Below, in pieces: positions 40,418 through 50,315 of a stretch of DNA of 64,000 bases. The stretch is from positions 1 through 64,000 of the forward strand of contig CAZQQT010000006.1 in the NCBI GenBank assembly GCA_964595645.1. Direction: 5' to 3'. Position 1 is the first letter of the stretch, and each line of letters begins with the position of its first letter. Origin of the DNA: an uncultured Thermococci archaeon. Lineage in GTDB: Archaea; Methanobacteriota_B; Thermococci; Methanofastidiosales; B48-G16. The translations under genes were made by a program, and so were the position numbers. Under the pieces are notes generated by a model. It had not been told where the DNA came from, ran no database searches, and was given only the letters and a program-made list of their open reading frames with translations.

Positions 40418-41493
40418 TTAATCACCTCCAATTGCTTAATTTTATTGTAATCTACCTCTATTCCGGGACCATTAAATTCTAAAATTGGTGATTTTTTTAA
40501 TTTCATTAAATTTTTCTTATAGAAAAAGGGACTATCAAGGTCAATATAATCGAAAATTGGAAAACTAGAAGCTATTTGTGCTGAAAATGAAATGCCTATA
40601 GAAGATTCTCCCATACATCCCATCATAAGCTCCAAGTTTGAGAGTTCTGCAATTGAAATGATATCGAGCGTCTCGAAAACACCGGATTTCATTAACTTTA
40701 TGGTGATTCCATCTACCGCATCTCTCTCACAAAGCCTCATTGCATCATTGGGGGTAAAAACAGACTCATCGGCAAAAACTGGTGCTCCAATATTGTCTCG
40801 TACAAATTTCATCCCCTCTATATCCTCTCTCAAAACTGGCTGTTCAAAAATCTCAATTTCAATATCCAGATTTTTTAGAGCTTCTACAAACTGAACTGCT
40901 TCTTTTGGCGAAAATCCTTGGTTTGCATCGATTCTTATAGAAGACTCACCAACTGCATCTCTCACAGAACTCACTCTTTCGAGATCTGTTTCAAAATCTT
41001 TCCCTACTTTGATCTTAAATATCCTAAATCCGTCTGCAGCTGCATTTTTTGCAATTTGAGCAGCCTTCTCGGAAGGAACAATAGGTATTGTTAAATCGGT
41101 TTCTATCTCTCTCTTAGTAGATCCGAGGTACTCATATATAGAAACTCCTAAAAATTTGCAATAACCGTCGAGGAGTGCCATTTCAATTGCCGCTCGGGCA
41201 CTTCGTTGATAATATATAACTTTGGAGATCTTTCTAGAAAACCCCCTAATATTTTGGATTTCTTTACCGATAATCTGATCTCTAACAGTTTCAATAGCTT
41301 CAATGACGGTGTTTTGACTTTCGCTTGTAACAAAAGAGGATGGAGCTGCCTCACCAATTCCAATCACTCCACTCTCTAAAAAAATGGCAATGAGAACATT
41401 TTTAGCATTTTTTTGGACACCTAAAGATGTTTCAAAAGGATATTTGAGGGGAAGATTTAGTCTATGGACTTTCAAATCCCTAATTTTACTCAT
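40414..41493 (-). CDS. Dipeptide epimerase (L-Ala-D/L-Glu epimerase family, enolase superfamily)
   Basis: KIK, DANQG, EQP, DES, KLMK and the DLD motif diagnostic of dipeptide epimerases. Confidence 0.85.
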   Translation of the reverse strand: MSKIRDLKVHRLNLPLKYPFETSLGVQKNAKNVLIAIFLESGVIGIGEAAPSSFVTSESQNTVIEAIETVRDQIIGKEIQNIRGFSRKISKVIYYQRSARAAIEMALLDGYCKFLGVSIYEYLGSTKREIETDLTIPIVPSEKAAQIAKNAAADGFRIFKIKVGKDFETDLERVSSVRDAVGESSIRIDANQGFSPKEAVQFVEALKNLDIEIEIFEQPVLREDIEGMKFVRDNIGAPVFADESVFTPNDAMRLCERDAVDGITIKLMKSGVFETLDIISIAELSNLELMMGCMGESSIGISFSAQIASSFPIFDYIDLDSPFFYKKNLMKLKKSPILEFNGPGIEVDYNKIKQLEVIK

Positions 41494-42389
41494 TTGAAAG
41501 CTCCTCTCGTCAACCCTGAAATTATATATCTTTGGAAGAGCAACGCAATGATTAGTGGTGGAATAGACCCTACTACACCTGCTGTTATCATGAGATCGTG
41601 AGGATTCATTTGAAGAGTGGAGGAAAACATGGAAATGACAACAGGAAGCGTATGAGAACCTATATCGCTAGTAAGTATTAACGCGAAGAAAAACTCATTC
41701 CAGCAGGTTAAAAAAACGAAAATAGCAACGGCAGCAAATCCTGGCGCAGCAATTGGCAACAAAATCCTGAAAATCACGCCAACTGTTCCACACCCATCAA
41801 TTTTAGCTGATTCTTCCATTTCGTAAGGTACAGTCTGAAAGTAGGAATAGAGCATCCATATAGCGTAGGGCAACATAAACGCCGTATAAACGAAAATTAA
41901 TCCTATATGGGTATTTATGAGTGCTAAATTCCTCAATATCATGTAAAGAGGGATTATAACAATCATGGCTGGAATCATGTTAAAAAAAAGTGTCATGAGC
42001 ATTAACTGATTTTTAGCCCTCATTTTAAAACGGGAGTACGCATAGGCAGGGAAAGATGCAAGCAAGAGTGTTAAAAGAGTTGATCCCATGGCCACAATAA
42101 AACTATTAAGCGATGCCCGTGGCACCCAGTACGCATAATCTGGCACAGCACCTTCCAAAGCTGAACCCTTTTGGTAACGTTGTTGGTGAAGAAGGATTGT
42201 TCTATAATTTATAAACGGATCTTCAGGATGGGGTTCAATCCGCGGGGTTTCTGAATGTAGTTCATAGGACGTTTGAAAACTTTGAATAACCATCCACGCA
42301 TATGGCAATAAAAGAAATCCGAAAATAATTAACGCTACTACAATAATAGGCGATTTTTTTAGGTACTTTAGTTTATTTATCACTTTCAT
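41490..42389 (-). CDS. CUT1 ABC transporter permease (MalG-like)
   Basis: EMEESAKIDGC EAA loop, WNEFF, FQRYIISGL. Confidence 0.9.
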   Translation of the reverse strand: MKVINKLKYLKKSPIIVVALIIFGFLLLPYAWMVIQSFQTSYELHSETPRIEPHPEDPFINYRTILLHQQRYQKGSALEGAVPDYAYWVPRASLNSFIVAMGSTLLTLLLASFPAYAYSRFKMRAKNQLMLMTLFFNMIPAMIVIIPLYMILRNLALINTHIGLIFVYTAFMLPYAIWMLYSYFQTVPYEMEESAKIDGCGTVGVIFRILLPIAAPGFAAVAIFVFLTCWNEFFFALILTSDIGSHTLPVVISMFSSTLQMNPHDLMITAGVVGSIPPLIIALLFQRYIISGLTRGAFK

Positions 42390-42397
42390 GATATCAC

Positions 42398-43285
42398 TTA
42401 ATATACAACTTTTTTAGCCAAATACTTTATATAAAGGAAGGCGAGAGCGGCTGTGATGATAGCAAGAATATAAGCAGCTGTAGCTCCTTGTCCAAACCGA
42501 TAACTTTGAAATCCCTCGCGGTATACAAGCCATCCTAGCATTGTAGTACTATATCCTGGCCCACCTTGGGTCATGGCATATATTATATCGAATGTCCTGA
42601 GTAACCACATGCTCATAAACAGCACAACAATCATGATAGAGTTTCTTAAGAGGGGTAACGTGATGTGAAAAAATTCTTGAATTGTGCTTGCACCATCAAC
42701 CTTCGCAGCTTCATAAACCTCTTGGGGGATTGACTGTAATCCAGCAAGCAAAAACAGGGCTACAAAGGGCACAAATCTCCATATGGAAGCTACAGCAACT
42801 GTATAGATTGCGTTATCAGGAGAGCTTAACATGATTTTATAAGACTCCCAAATTCCCAACCTAGTCATGACATAGTTAAGCACTCCATAGTTACCATGAA
42901 AAATCCAACTCCACAGTAGCCCTATCACAATCGGGGGAATCGCCCAAGGTAAAAGAGCAAGACCGCGGGCAACCCCTCTTCCAAAAAATGATCTATTGAG
43001 TAGTAAAGCGAGCGCTAATCCAAGTAGCAACGCAAAAAAAAGTGTAAGGACAGTGAACTCCATCGTGTTCAAAAATGTTGTATGAAATTGTGGTTTCTTT
43101 AATATTCTTATATAATTAGATAGTCCCACAAATTTTATCGGTGGATTTGTTAAATCCCATTTATGTAGACTTACATAAAAAGAGTAAATGAGCGGAAAGA
43201 GGATTATGATAAATATGGTTGCATAGGCAGGAATACATGTAAAATAAAAAGGAAAAGAAAAATTTTTAAGTTTTTTAAGGTCCAT
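42398..43285 (-). CDS. CUT1 ABC transporter permease (MalF-like)
   Basis: FVGLSNY, YEAAKVDGA, MTQGGPG. Confidence 0.9.
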   Translation of the reverse strand: MDLKKLKNFSFPFYFTCIPAYATIFIIILFPLIYSFYVSLHKWDLTNPPIKFVGLSNYIRILKKPQFHTTFLNTMEFTVLTLFFALLLGLALALLLNRSFFGRGVARGLALLPWAIPPIVIGLLWSWIFHGNYGVLNYVMTRLGIWESYKIMLSSPDNAIYTVAVASIWRFVPFVALFLLAGLQSIPQEVYEAAKVDGASTIQEFFHITLPLLRNSIMIVVLFMSMWLLRTFDIIYAMTQGGPGYSTTMLGWLVYREGFQSYRFGQGATAAYILAIITAALAFLYIKYLAKKVVY

Positions 43286-43296
43286 TTAGCCATCAC

Positions 43297-44727
43297 CTAC
43301 TCGCCTGGAAGTCCATATTCATCAACGAAGTCTTCAAAGGCGTCGTAAATATTTTGAAGGGCTTGGTCGATCGAAATTTCACCTAATATTGCTTTTTGTA
43401 GGTTTGCTTCCACATGTTGCTCGGTAAACTCTAGGTGGAATCTCGTGTTCATTGGGGGCCACACGAAATGTGGTTGACTATGGAGATACTTCTCTTCCTG
43501 TTCCTGTAATGTCTCATAGCCCTCTTCACCAAAGACTTCTTCGAGACGCGCTTTAACTTCCGGATCTTTATCGACAGAGGGCCATGGTGATCCCCCTAGC
43601 CATTCTAACCGTCTTAATTTGCCCATTTCAGGACCGCCGAACCATTGCACAAATTCCCATGCTGCTCGTTTATATGCCTCGCCTTTTTGTTCGCAACCTT
43701 TTGTAATAGACCAAGAAGTTGTTTTGTACCATGTTTCATGAGTTCCTGGAAAGTGCATAAGACCCCACTGGTCAACTACATCTGAGGATTCCAGATCGTT
43801 GTACTTAAATGCACCGTAACCAGCACCCATAAGAAAAGCAGACTCTCCTTTCAAAAACTTACTTTCGACGTCAAAGTTATTCATTTCAAAACATGCGGGC
43901 GAAATAATTTCATGTTTGTTCAGCATGTCGTGGACGAGTTGGACAGCCTTACCAGCTCCTGAATTTTCTTCGAGGAATAGCGGATTCCAATCTTCACTCC
44001 AGAAGGGGCGTTCATTCTGGGGGGAAAGGTTCAGAGCAAGTGTCTGCCAGAGCCAATCCAATCTTCGTTCTACGGGTTTTAATTGTAACCATAGAGGGTG
44101 TTCCATTCCTTTTTTCTCTTTTAGATCAAGGCATATTTGAATCAATTCGTCCCATGTCTCAGGAGGTTCATCGTATCCCACTTCCTTAAGAAGCTCTTTG
44201 TTGTAAAACATGCACCATGTTAGCGTATACCAGGCTCCGCCTCCATATACCTTTCCGTTGTAACCCCATGCTTTAAGCTGTTCCTCTGACAAAGGTTGTT
44301 TCCACTCTTCAAATCCGGGTAGATCGTTAAGGGGTATAATCCAATTCGCAGCCGCCCAGCTTGAAGTGTACCCTGCTTCCACTAACACAACATCGACCTT
44401 TTCAGGATTTGCCACAAACAAGGTCTTCACTTTTTGTTGCAAATCCGCCTCTCCGTGGTATGTTACCGTAACATTTGGATGATTTGCCTCATAGTGTTTA
44501 TCTATCATCTCATTTACCCACTCTGTCTTCCATCTCACGCCGTAGACCTCTAATTCAATTGGTTCAGGTGCTTCTGTTGTTGTCGGTGCTTCTGTTGTTG
44601 TCGGTGCTTCTGTTGTTGTCGGTGCAGGAGTTTCCTCTCCCCCACCGATACATCCCAGTACCAAAGAAATTGATATCAGAAGACAGCTCAAAGCCACTGC
44701 CTTCTTATATTTCTTTCGTTTCGTCAT
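43297..44727 (-). CDS. ABC transporter substrate-binding lipoprotein (family 1)
   Basis: Lipobox LGCIGG, PTTTEA linker, FYNKELL...PETWDEL. Confidence 0.88.
   Translation of the reverse strand: MTKRKKYKKAVALSCLLISISLVLGCIGGGEETPAPTTTEAPTTTEAPTTTEAPEPIELEVYGVRWKTEWVNEMIDKHYEANHPNVTVTYHGEADLQQKVKTLFVANPEKVDVVLVEAGYTSSWAAANWIIPLNDLPGFEEWKQPLSEEQLKAWGYNGKVYGGGAWYTLTWCMFYNKELLKEVGYDEPPETWDELIQICLDLKEKKGMEHPLWLQLKPVERRLDWLWQTLALNLSPQNERPFWSEDWNPLFLEENSGAGKAVQLVHDMLNKHEIISPACFEMNNFDVESKFLKGESAFLMGAGYGAFKYNDLESSDVVDQWGLMHFPGTHETWYKTTSWSITKGCEQKGEAYKRAAWEFVQWFGGPEMGKLRRLEWLGGSPWPSVDKDPEVKARLEEVFGEEGYETLQEQEEKYLHSQPHFVWPPMNTRFHLEFTEQHVEANLQKAILGEISIDQALQNIYDAFEDFVDEYGLPGE
44567..44625. repeat. 18-bp tandem repeat (3 full copies plus 5 nt) encoding the PTTTEA linker
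   Basis: GGTGCTTCTGTTGTTGTC repeated exactly. Confidence 0.9.
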
Positions 44728-44778
44728 CTTTATTCACCACCTATATCTGGATAATATTTTTATTTAAGAGTTTTCCCA

Positions 44779-44786
44779 GCATATGC
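44779..44786. promoter_or_regulatory. GCATATGC operator upstream of the ABC/epimerase operon
   Basis: Minus strand reads GCATATGC-TGGGAAAACTC-TTAAATA. Confidence 0.7.
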
Positions 44787-44797
44787 CTGCTAAAAGG

Positions 44798-45484
44798 CTA
44801 TCCTTTTTTTAATAGATATTGTGTATCTATAACTGCTCCATAATAAGCTCCCATATTCGCAATAGAGTTATTATGGATTCTCTCATTAAAATCACCACAC
44901 GCATCATCTACAATATAATTAAAATATCCTAGGTCGGCAGATGCCCTCACAGAACTCTCAACACACCCACTGGTAACAACACCTGTATAAATTAAATTGT
45001 ATATCTCCATGTTCCTCAAAGTATAGTTCAAAGATGTTGAAGTGAATATACTAGCAGTAGTCTTCTTAAAAATCATTTCATTAGGTTTAGGTTCTAGTTC
45101 ATCGATTATTTTCCCCCAAAAAGAGTTAGGTGCTGTAAACAGATTTAGCAACTTATGAGACAAACATCGTTCTCTTCCATCCTCAGTTAATGATTCTCCA
45201 GCAGTGTATATAATTTCGTAATCTCTCTTTCTAAAAACTTTGATGAGATTTTTTATATTTTTCTTTATCAGATCGTATCTTTTAGTATAATAATGATATT
45301 CGTCTTCGAATCCAGCCTCTCTTAACATTGAAAGAATTCCTCCTTCTCGAGGATTGAGACTATTTTGCATATCAACTACTATTAAAGCAGTGTTCTGTTT
45401 TCTAATGGGTTTGAATTCTTCAACAGACTCTCGATTCTCCTTTCGAACCTCGGACCAAAACTTATATATTGAATAAGTTTTCAT
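44798..45484 (-). CDS. Isochorismatase-family cysteine hydrolase
   Basis: ALIVVDMQN, KTTASIF, TSGCVESS (D-K-C triad). Confidence 0.85.
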   Translation of the reverse strand: MKTYSIYKFWSEVRKENRESVEEFKPIRKQNTALIVVDMQNSLNPREGGILSMLREAGFEDEYHYYTKRYDLIKKNIKNLIKVFRKRDYEIIYTAGESLTEDGRERCLSHKLLNLFTAPNSFWGKIIDELEPKPNEMIFKKTTASIFTSTSLNYTLRNMEIYNLIYTGVVTSGCVESSVRASADLGYFNYIVDDACGDFNERIHNNSIANMGAYYGAVIDTQYLLKKG

Positions 45485-45524
45485 ACCAAAAACATCTACG
45501 TAAAATTTTATTTAGGATTTTCCA

Positions 45525-45532
45525 GCATATGC
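45525..45532. promoter_or_regulatory. GCATATGC operator upstream of the cysteine hydrolase
   Basis: Minus strand reads GCATATGC-TGGAAAATCC-TAAATAA. Confidence 0.7.
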
Positions 45533-45621
45533 CTATCAGAATCAATATACTTTTTAAATCTATATGGATTGTATAATTCTTACACAAATGAAAAAGGAAA
45601 AAGTAAAATACGTGGAAATTC

Positions 45622-46557
45622 TCAAAACAAATCGAGCTCAATACTATTTGATGCTTCTGTGATTCTACTCCATTCTTCTTTACTTAATTTTAGTTCTGCA
45701 GCCTTAAGATTGCTTTCTACATGTTCTATCTTTTTTGCGCCCACTACAGGAAATACATTTTCATACTTAAGTAGCCAACCTATCGCAACTTGAGGTATTT
45801 CAACGCCATGTGTTTTGGCGATATTTCTCATAACATCAAACAGAGGTTTTGCTCTTTTCGCATTTTCCTTCTTAAATATAGGGAATTTTTTTCTAGTGTC
45901 CTCCTCTGGGATCCAATTACTCTTGGTGTACTTCCCTGTCAAGAATCCAGTGGCTAAAGGAGAATACGCCATTACAGCAATATCATTTTTTCTCAAGAAA
46001 GGAAAGAATTCCTCCTCTATATCCCTTATAAGTACATTGTATTCTAGCTGATTTACGATTATCTTTCCATTTTTAAGCAGTTCCATGGCTTCTTGAACAA
46101 GGCATACTGGAAGATTAGACACTCCCACGTATCTCACTTTACCTTCTTGTAGTAATGTGTCAAAGGCCTCTATGGCTCCAGAAATGATAGGATAACAATC
46201 TAACCGGTGTATTAAAAACAGATCGATAGTATCAATCTGTAGACGTTTTAAACTTTTTTCTGCAGCTTTTATCACGTCTTTGTATCTTAAATGTCGTGGT
46301 AACACTTTTGTTGCTATTACAACTTCACCTCGGTTACCTCTCTCCTTGAGAGCCTCGCCAATAACAGATTCGGAATACCCGTCTCCGTAGCTTTCAGCAG
46401 TATCTATAAAATTGATCCCACTGTCTAATGATTTATTAATAATTGACTTAATTGTTTTCTTATCTCTTAAATTTCCACTGCTCCCACAAAACTGCCATCC
46501 TCCTAAAGCAATTCTCGATACCTCTAAATCACTTTTTCCTAGTTTTTTATATTCCAT
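45622..46557 (-). CDS. Aldo/keto reductase
   Basis: FIDTAESYGDG, IATK, GVSN, NQLEYN, YSPLATG. Confidence 0.9.
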   Translation of the reverse strand: MEYKKLGKSDLEVSRIALGGWQFCGSSGNLRDKKTIKSIINKSLDSGINFIDTAESYGDGYSESVIGEALKERGNRGEVVIATKVLPRHLRYKDVIKAAEKSLKRLQIDTIDLFLIHRLDCYPIISGAIEAFDTLLQEGKVRYVGVSNLPVCLVQEAMELLKNGKIIVNQLEYNVLIRDIEEEFFPFLRKNDIAVMAYSPLATGFLTGKYTKSNWIPEEDTRKKFPIFKKENAKRAKPLFDVMRNIAKTHGVEIPQVAIGWLLKYENVFPVVGAKKIEHVESNLKAAELKLSKEEWSRITEASNSIELDLF

Positions 46558-46624
46558 TCGTGTAATACCTCCTCGTAGTCTCTATTTACATTTATCCATT
46601 ATTCATTATATCAATTTTTTTCCT

Positions 46625-46632
46625 GCATATGT
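46625..46632. promoter_or_regulatory. GCATATGT operator variant between the divergent AKR and Gfo/Idh/MocA genes
   Basis: TTTTTTCCT-GCATATGT-CGGGACAAAC-TTAATTAA; purine-rich BRE-like tracts on both sides. Confidence 0.6.
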
Positions 46633-46702
46633 CGGGACAAACTTAATTAAATATACTTGTCAGTAGTAGTCAGTCTATTATTTTTTGAGAGGTGTTTAAA
46701 GA

Positions 46703-47671
46703 ATGACGTCAAAAGAATTGAACGTAGGAGTAGTTGGATTGGGATACATTTCTCAAAATGTACATCTCCGATCTATACTCTCTATAGAAAACGTAAATCT
46801 TAGAGCAATTTGTGACATCGAAGAAGAATGTGTTGTAAGAACGGAGGGAAAATGTAACGTAACTGAAAAGTACTGTGACCCCAAGGAAATGGCTGAGGAA
46901 AGCGGTGTGGACTGTGTAATTGTCGCAACAAAGCCGGACAATACTCATCCAAAAATAAGCAATATGTTCCTGGAAGCTGGAATAGACGTATTTTGCGAAA
47001 AGGCAATGGCCACAACACTAAAAAACGCCAAAAAAATGGTTGAAACTGCAAAAAAAGAAGAAAAAATATTAATGATAGGATTTAACAGAAGGTTTATGCC
47101 AATATCTAAAAAAGCTAAGGAAATATTGAAGGGTAAAGAATTAGATGCAGTAATACATACCTTCAATGGGTTCAGCCCAAAACCAAGAGCTCTACTTGGC
47201 AATCCTCATCCCGTTGATTTGCTCCGACATTTCTGTGAAGGAGAAGTCACCAATGTAGAGTGCACTGCTAAGTTTGATGAAGAGTATAGTGAACAAAGTA
47301 TCGTGAGTACTATAGACTTTGACTCAAATGTGACCGGCGTTCTAGTATTTGAAAATAACTGTGGAGGATATGCTGAAAATGTGGTAATACATGGAGGAAA
47401 ATACTCTGTAGCCGTAGATATGATCACGCAGACGACTTCGTACTTAGAAGGGAGCAATACTGGCATTTTCAATCCTCAGGAGTGGGCACGATGGAAACCC
47501 TCAAAATGGCTAGGGTTTGAAGGCATTAACGGATTCAAACAAGAGCTAGAAGAATTCTTTGACTGCGTGAGGACAAGGAGAAAACCTAAATTCGATGCAG
47601 AAGACGCGTATAAATCTCATGTGTTGGTAGACCAGATTTACAAGGAAGGAGGACTTCCTGGATTGGAATAA
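46703..47671 (+). CDS. Gfo/Idh/MocA-family oxidoreductase
   Basis: VGLGYIS, VFCEKAM, IGFNRRF. Confidence 0.88.
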   Translation: MTSKELNVGVVGLGYISQNVHLRSILSIENVNLRAICDIEEECVVRTEGKCNVTEKYCDPKEMAEESGVDCVIVATKPDNTHPKISNMFLEAGIDVFCEKAMATTLKNAKKMVETAKKEEKILMIGFNRRFMPISKKAKEILKGKELDAVIHTFNGFSPKPRALLGNPHPVDLLRHFCEGEVTNVECTAKFDEEYSEQSIVSTIDFDSNVTGVLVFENNCGGYAENVVIHGGKYSVAVDMITQTTSYLEGSNTGIFNPQEWARWKPSKWLGFEGINGFKQELEEFFDCVRTRRKPKFDAEDAYKSHVLVDQIYKEGGLPGLE

Positions 47672-47679
47672 AGAGGTGA

Positions 47680-49044
47680 ATGAAAATGGAAAAACTACCA
47701 AAAATAAAAACGGAAATTCCCGGATCAAAGGGGAAAGTGCTTAGAGAACGAGAAAAAAAGGTTTTTGGTAAAGTATGGAATGAAGAGAAATTCCTGCCCG
47801 TATGGGTAGAACGAGGAGAAGGATGCATGGTAAAGGATGTTGACGGAAATACATTTCTTGACTTTATGGCAAGCGACTACAATCTCGGACATACCCACCC
47901 TGATATAGTAAAGGCTATTCAAGAACAGTCTCAAGACCTTATTTTGTATCTAGGGTTCGCCGGTTTTTGGGAAAGTATTTTAGATTTTTCTGAAAAACTC
48001 CTGGAACTTTCTCCCGGCAAATTAAAAAATGGCAAAGTTGTTACCGCAACTGGAGGAAGTGAAATAGTAGACTTTGCTGTCATGACAGCCCGCCAAGTGA
48101 CACGAAAACCCCTACTCATTTCATACTTGGGGGGATATCATGGCACTACTTCGGCAGTAATGCATTATACTACAAGAAATAGTAAACTCCGTAGAGGACT
48201 CTTCCCTTCAGTAGAAGATAATGTGTTTTTACCGTACCCATACTGTTACCGTTGTCCAATGAACTGTGAGTACCCTGGGTGCGATTTTGCGTGCATAGAT
48301 TACCTAAAATACACATTAGATACGGTTGCACCCCCAGATGAAGTTGCAGCACTACTTTTCGAATCGATGCAAGGGCCGGGAGGATACATTATTCCACCTG
48401 AGGGGTACTGGAAAGAGGTAAAGAAAGTGTGCGATGAAAATGGCATTATGATGATCGCAGATGAAATAATTACTTCTATATGGCGTACAGGAACTATGTA
48501 TGCGTTTGAACACTGGGATATAGTGCCTGATATTGTGTGTCTAGCTAAGTCATTAGCCATGGGGGCCCCACTTTCAGCCTTCGTAGCAAAAAAAGAAATT
48601 GTGGACGACGTCTACAATATTCATGGCCCAGGCTCTGCAGCAGCAGTCAGTTTTGGCGGAAATCCAATAGGATGTGCAGCAGCTTTGGCCGGATTTGAAG
48701 CGGTGGAAAGAGATAACCTCGATAAAAACGCACTGGAGAGAGGAAAACAATTCAAAAAGGGATTTGAAGAGCTTAAAGAAGAATACGAACAGATTGGAGA
48801 AATAAGATCAATGGGGCTATGGAACGGAGTTGAGCTGGTAGAAGATCCAAAGACGAAAAAACCCGCCACGAAACAAGCAAAGGAAATAGTATGGGAAGCA
48901 TACAAAAATGGACTAATAATGGGTACCTATGGCGTATACAGTAACGTACTGCGATTCTTCCCTCCGCTTATTGTAGAGGAGGAACAGATAGATAAAGCAC
49001 TGGAAATACTCCAAGATGCATTTAAAAAAGTTTTTAAAGGGTGA
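47680..49044 (+). CDS. Class III PLP aminotransferase (copy 1)
   Basis: DVDGN, LGH, YHG, ADEI, PDIVCLAKSL, SFGGNP. Confidence 0.88.
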   Translation: MKMEKLPKIKTEIPGSKGKVLREREKKVFGKVWNEEKFLPVWVERGEGCMVKDVDGNTFLDFMASDYNLGHTHPDIVKAIQEQSQDLILYLGFAGFWESILDFSEKLLELSPGKLKNGKVVTATGGSEIVDFAVMTARQVTRKPLLISYLGGYHGTTSAVMHYTTRNSKLRRGLFPSVEDNVFLPYPYCYRCPMNCEYPGCDFACIDYLKYTLDTVAPPDEVAALLFESMQGPGGYIIPPEGYWKEVKKVCDENGIMMIADEIITSIWRTGTMYAFEHWDIVPDIVCLAKSLAMGAPLSAFVAKKEIVDDVYNIHGPGSAAAVSFGGNPIGCAAALAGFEAVERDNLDKNALERGKQFKKGFEELKEEYEQIGEIRSMGLWNGVELVEDPKTKKPATKQAKEIVWEAYKNGLIMGTYGVYSNVLRFFPPLIVEEEQIDKALEILQDAFKKVFKG

Positions 49045-49048
49045 TAGT

Positions 49049-50227
49049 ATGGTGGATTTATATAAAAAGGTAAACTATAGATTTAAGGATGGAAAACCTG
49101 GAGAGACAAGCCTTGTGAGAGATGAAGTTAGTGGAAAAAAGGATGTAATTGACCTCGGGTACGGAGAAGTAGACTTCGATACACCTTCTCATATAAAAGA
49201 AGCTGCAAAAAAAGCGATTGATAGCGGATTCACAAGATACGCACTGCCAACGAGTGGCATAGACGAACTGAGAAATGCGATTGCAGAACATGAAAAAAAA
49301 TATAATAATATAAACGCGGATCCCAATGAGAATATACTTGCTACAGTAGGAGGACAACTTTCGATCCATCTAGCACTCCAAACAGTCCTTAATCCCGGAG
49401 ACGAAGTTATCATCGCCGATCCCTGCTTCATGTCTTACCATCCGGCGATAAACTTTGCAGGAGGAAAGTTAAAACCCGTAGAGGTAAGAGATGAGAGAGA
49501 ATCGAGAATCGATCCAGAGGATGTGAAAGAAGCGATAACACCGAACACAAAAGTAATTGTACTCGTCAGTCCTGACAATCCAACCGGATCTGTACTCGAA
49601 AGGGGAGATGTCAAAGCAATTAGTGAAATCGCACTCGATAATGACCTCGTTGTCCTTTCTGATGAGATTTATAGTAGATTTGTCTACGATGGTAAAAAAA
49701 ACTATAGTATAGCTTCATTTCCAGATATGCTAGAGAGGACAATCACTATAAACGGATTTTCAAAGGCATACGCAATGACTGGATGGAGAATCGGCTATAT
49801 TATAGCTGGAGAGTACTTAATGAACTATCTCAACAAACTACATACCAACTATGTACTCACCATCACCTCTTTCGTCCAGAAAGGCGCTGTTGCTGCACTT
49901 CAGAGTTCACAGGAGTGTGTTGACGAAATCGTAACTACCTGTGAAAGTAGGCTCGAGGCGCTGGTGAATGGTATACAGGATGCGAAAGGTATTACATGTA
50001 AAAAACCGAAGGGATCATTCTATGCCTACCCAAATGTCGAAGCTACTGGAATGAGTTCTCTCGAACTGGCCAAATACATCGCAAGGGAAGCACGAGTTGT
50101 TACCTACCCCGGTACAGCCTTCGGACCTAGTGGGGAAGGACATCTGCGAATAGCAACATCAGCTACAAATGAAGAAAGAATAAAAGAAGCTGCCGAAAGA
50201 ATTACAGAGGCGTGTGAAAAGCTGTAA
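49049..50227 (+). CDS. Class I/II PLP aminotransferase
   Basis: PDNPTG, SDEIY, FSKAYAMTGWRIGY. Confidence 0.9.
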   Translation: MVDLYKKVNYRFKDGKPGETSLVRDEVSGKKDVIDLGYGEVDFDTPSHIKEAAKKAIDSGFTRYALPTSGIDELRNAIAEHEKKYNNINADPNENILATVGGQLSIHLALQTVLNPGDEVIIADPCFMSYHPAINFAGGKLKPVEVRDERESRIDPEDVKEAITPNTKVIVLVSPDNPTGSVLERGDVKAISEIALDNDLVVLSDEIYSRFVYDGKKNYSIASFPDMLERTITINGFSKAYAMTGWRIGYIIAGEYLMNYLNKLHTNYVLTITSFVQKGAVAALQSSQECVDEIVTTCESRLEALVNGIQDAKGITCKKPKGSFYAYPNVEATGMSSLELAKYIAREARVVTYPGTAFGPSGEGHLRIATSATNEERIKEAAERITEACEKL

Positions 50228-50315
50228 CAAAGTCTTAAATCTATTTTTTTATTATTTTTTTGTTTAATTTTAAAATTACGTTACTCACTGAAAACACAAT
50301 ATATTCTACTCTAGA

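Noticed and set aside
44567-44625. Tandem repeat as a CRISPR array or mobile repeat
   Set aside because: No spacers; it is an in-frame 18-bp unit encoding a PTTTEA lipoprotein linker.
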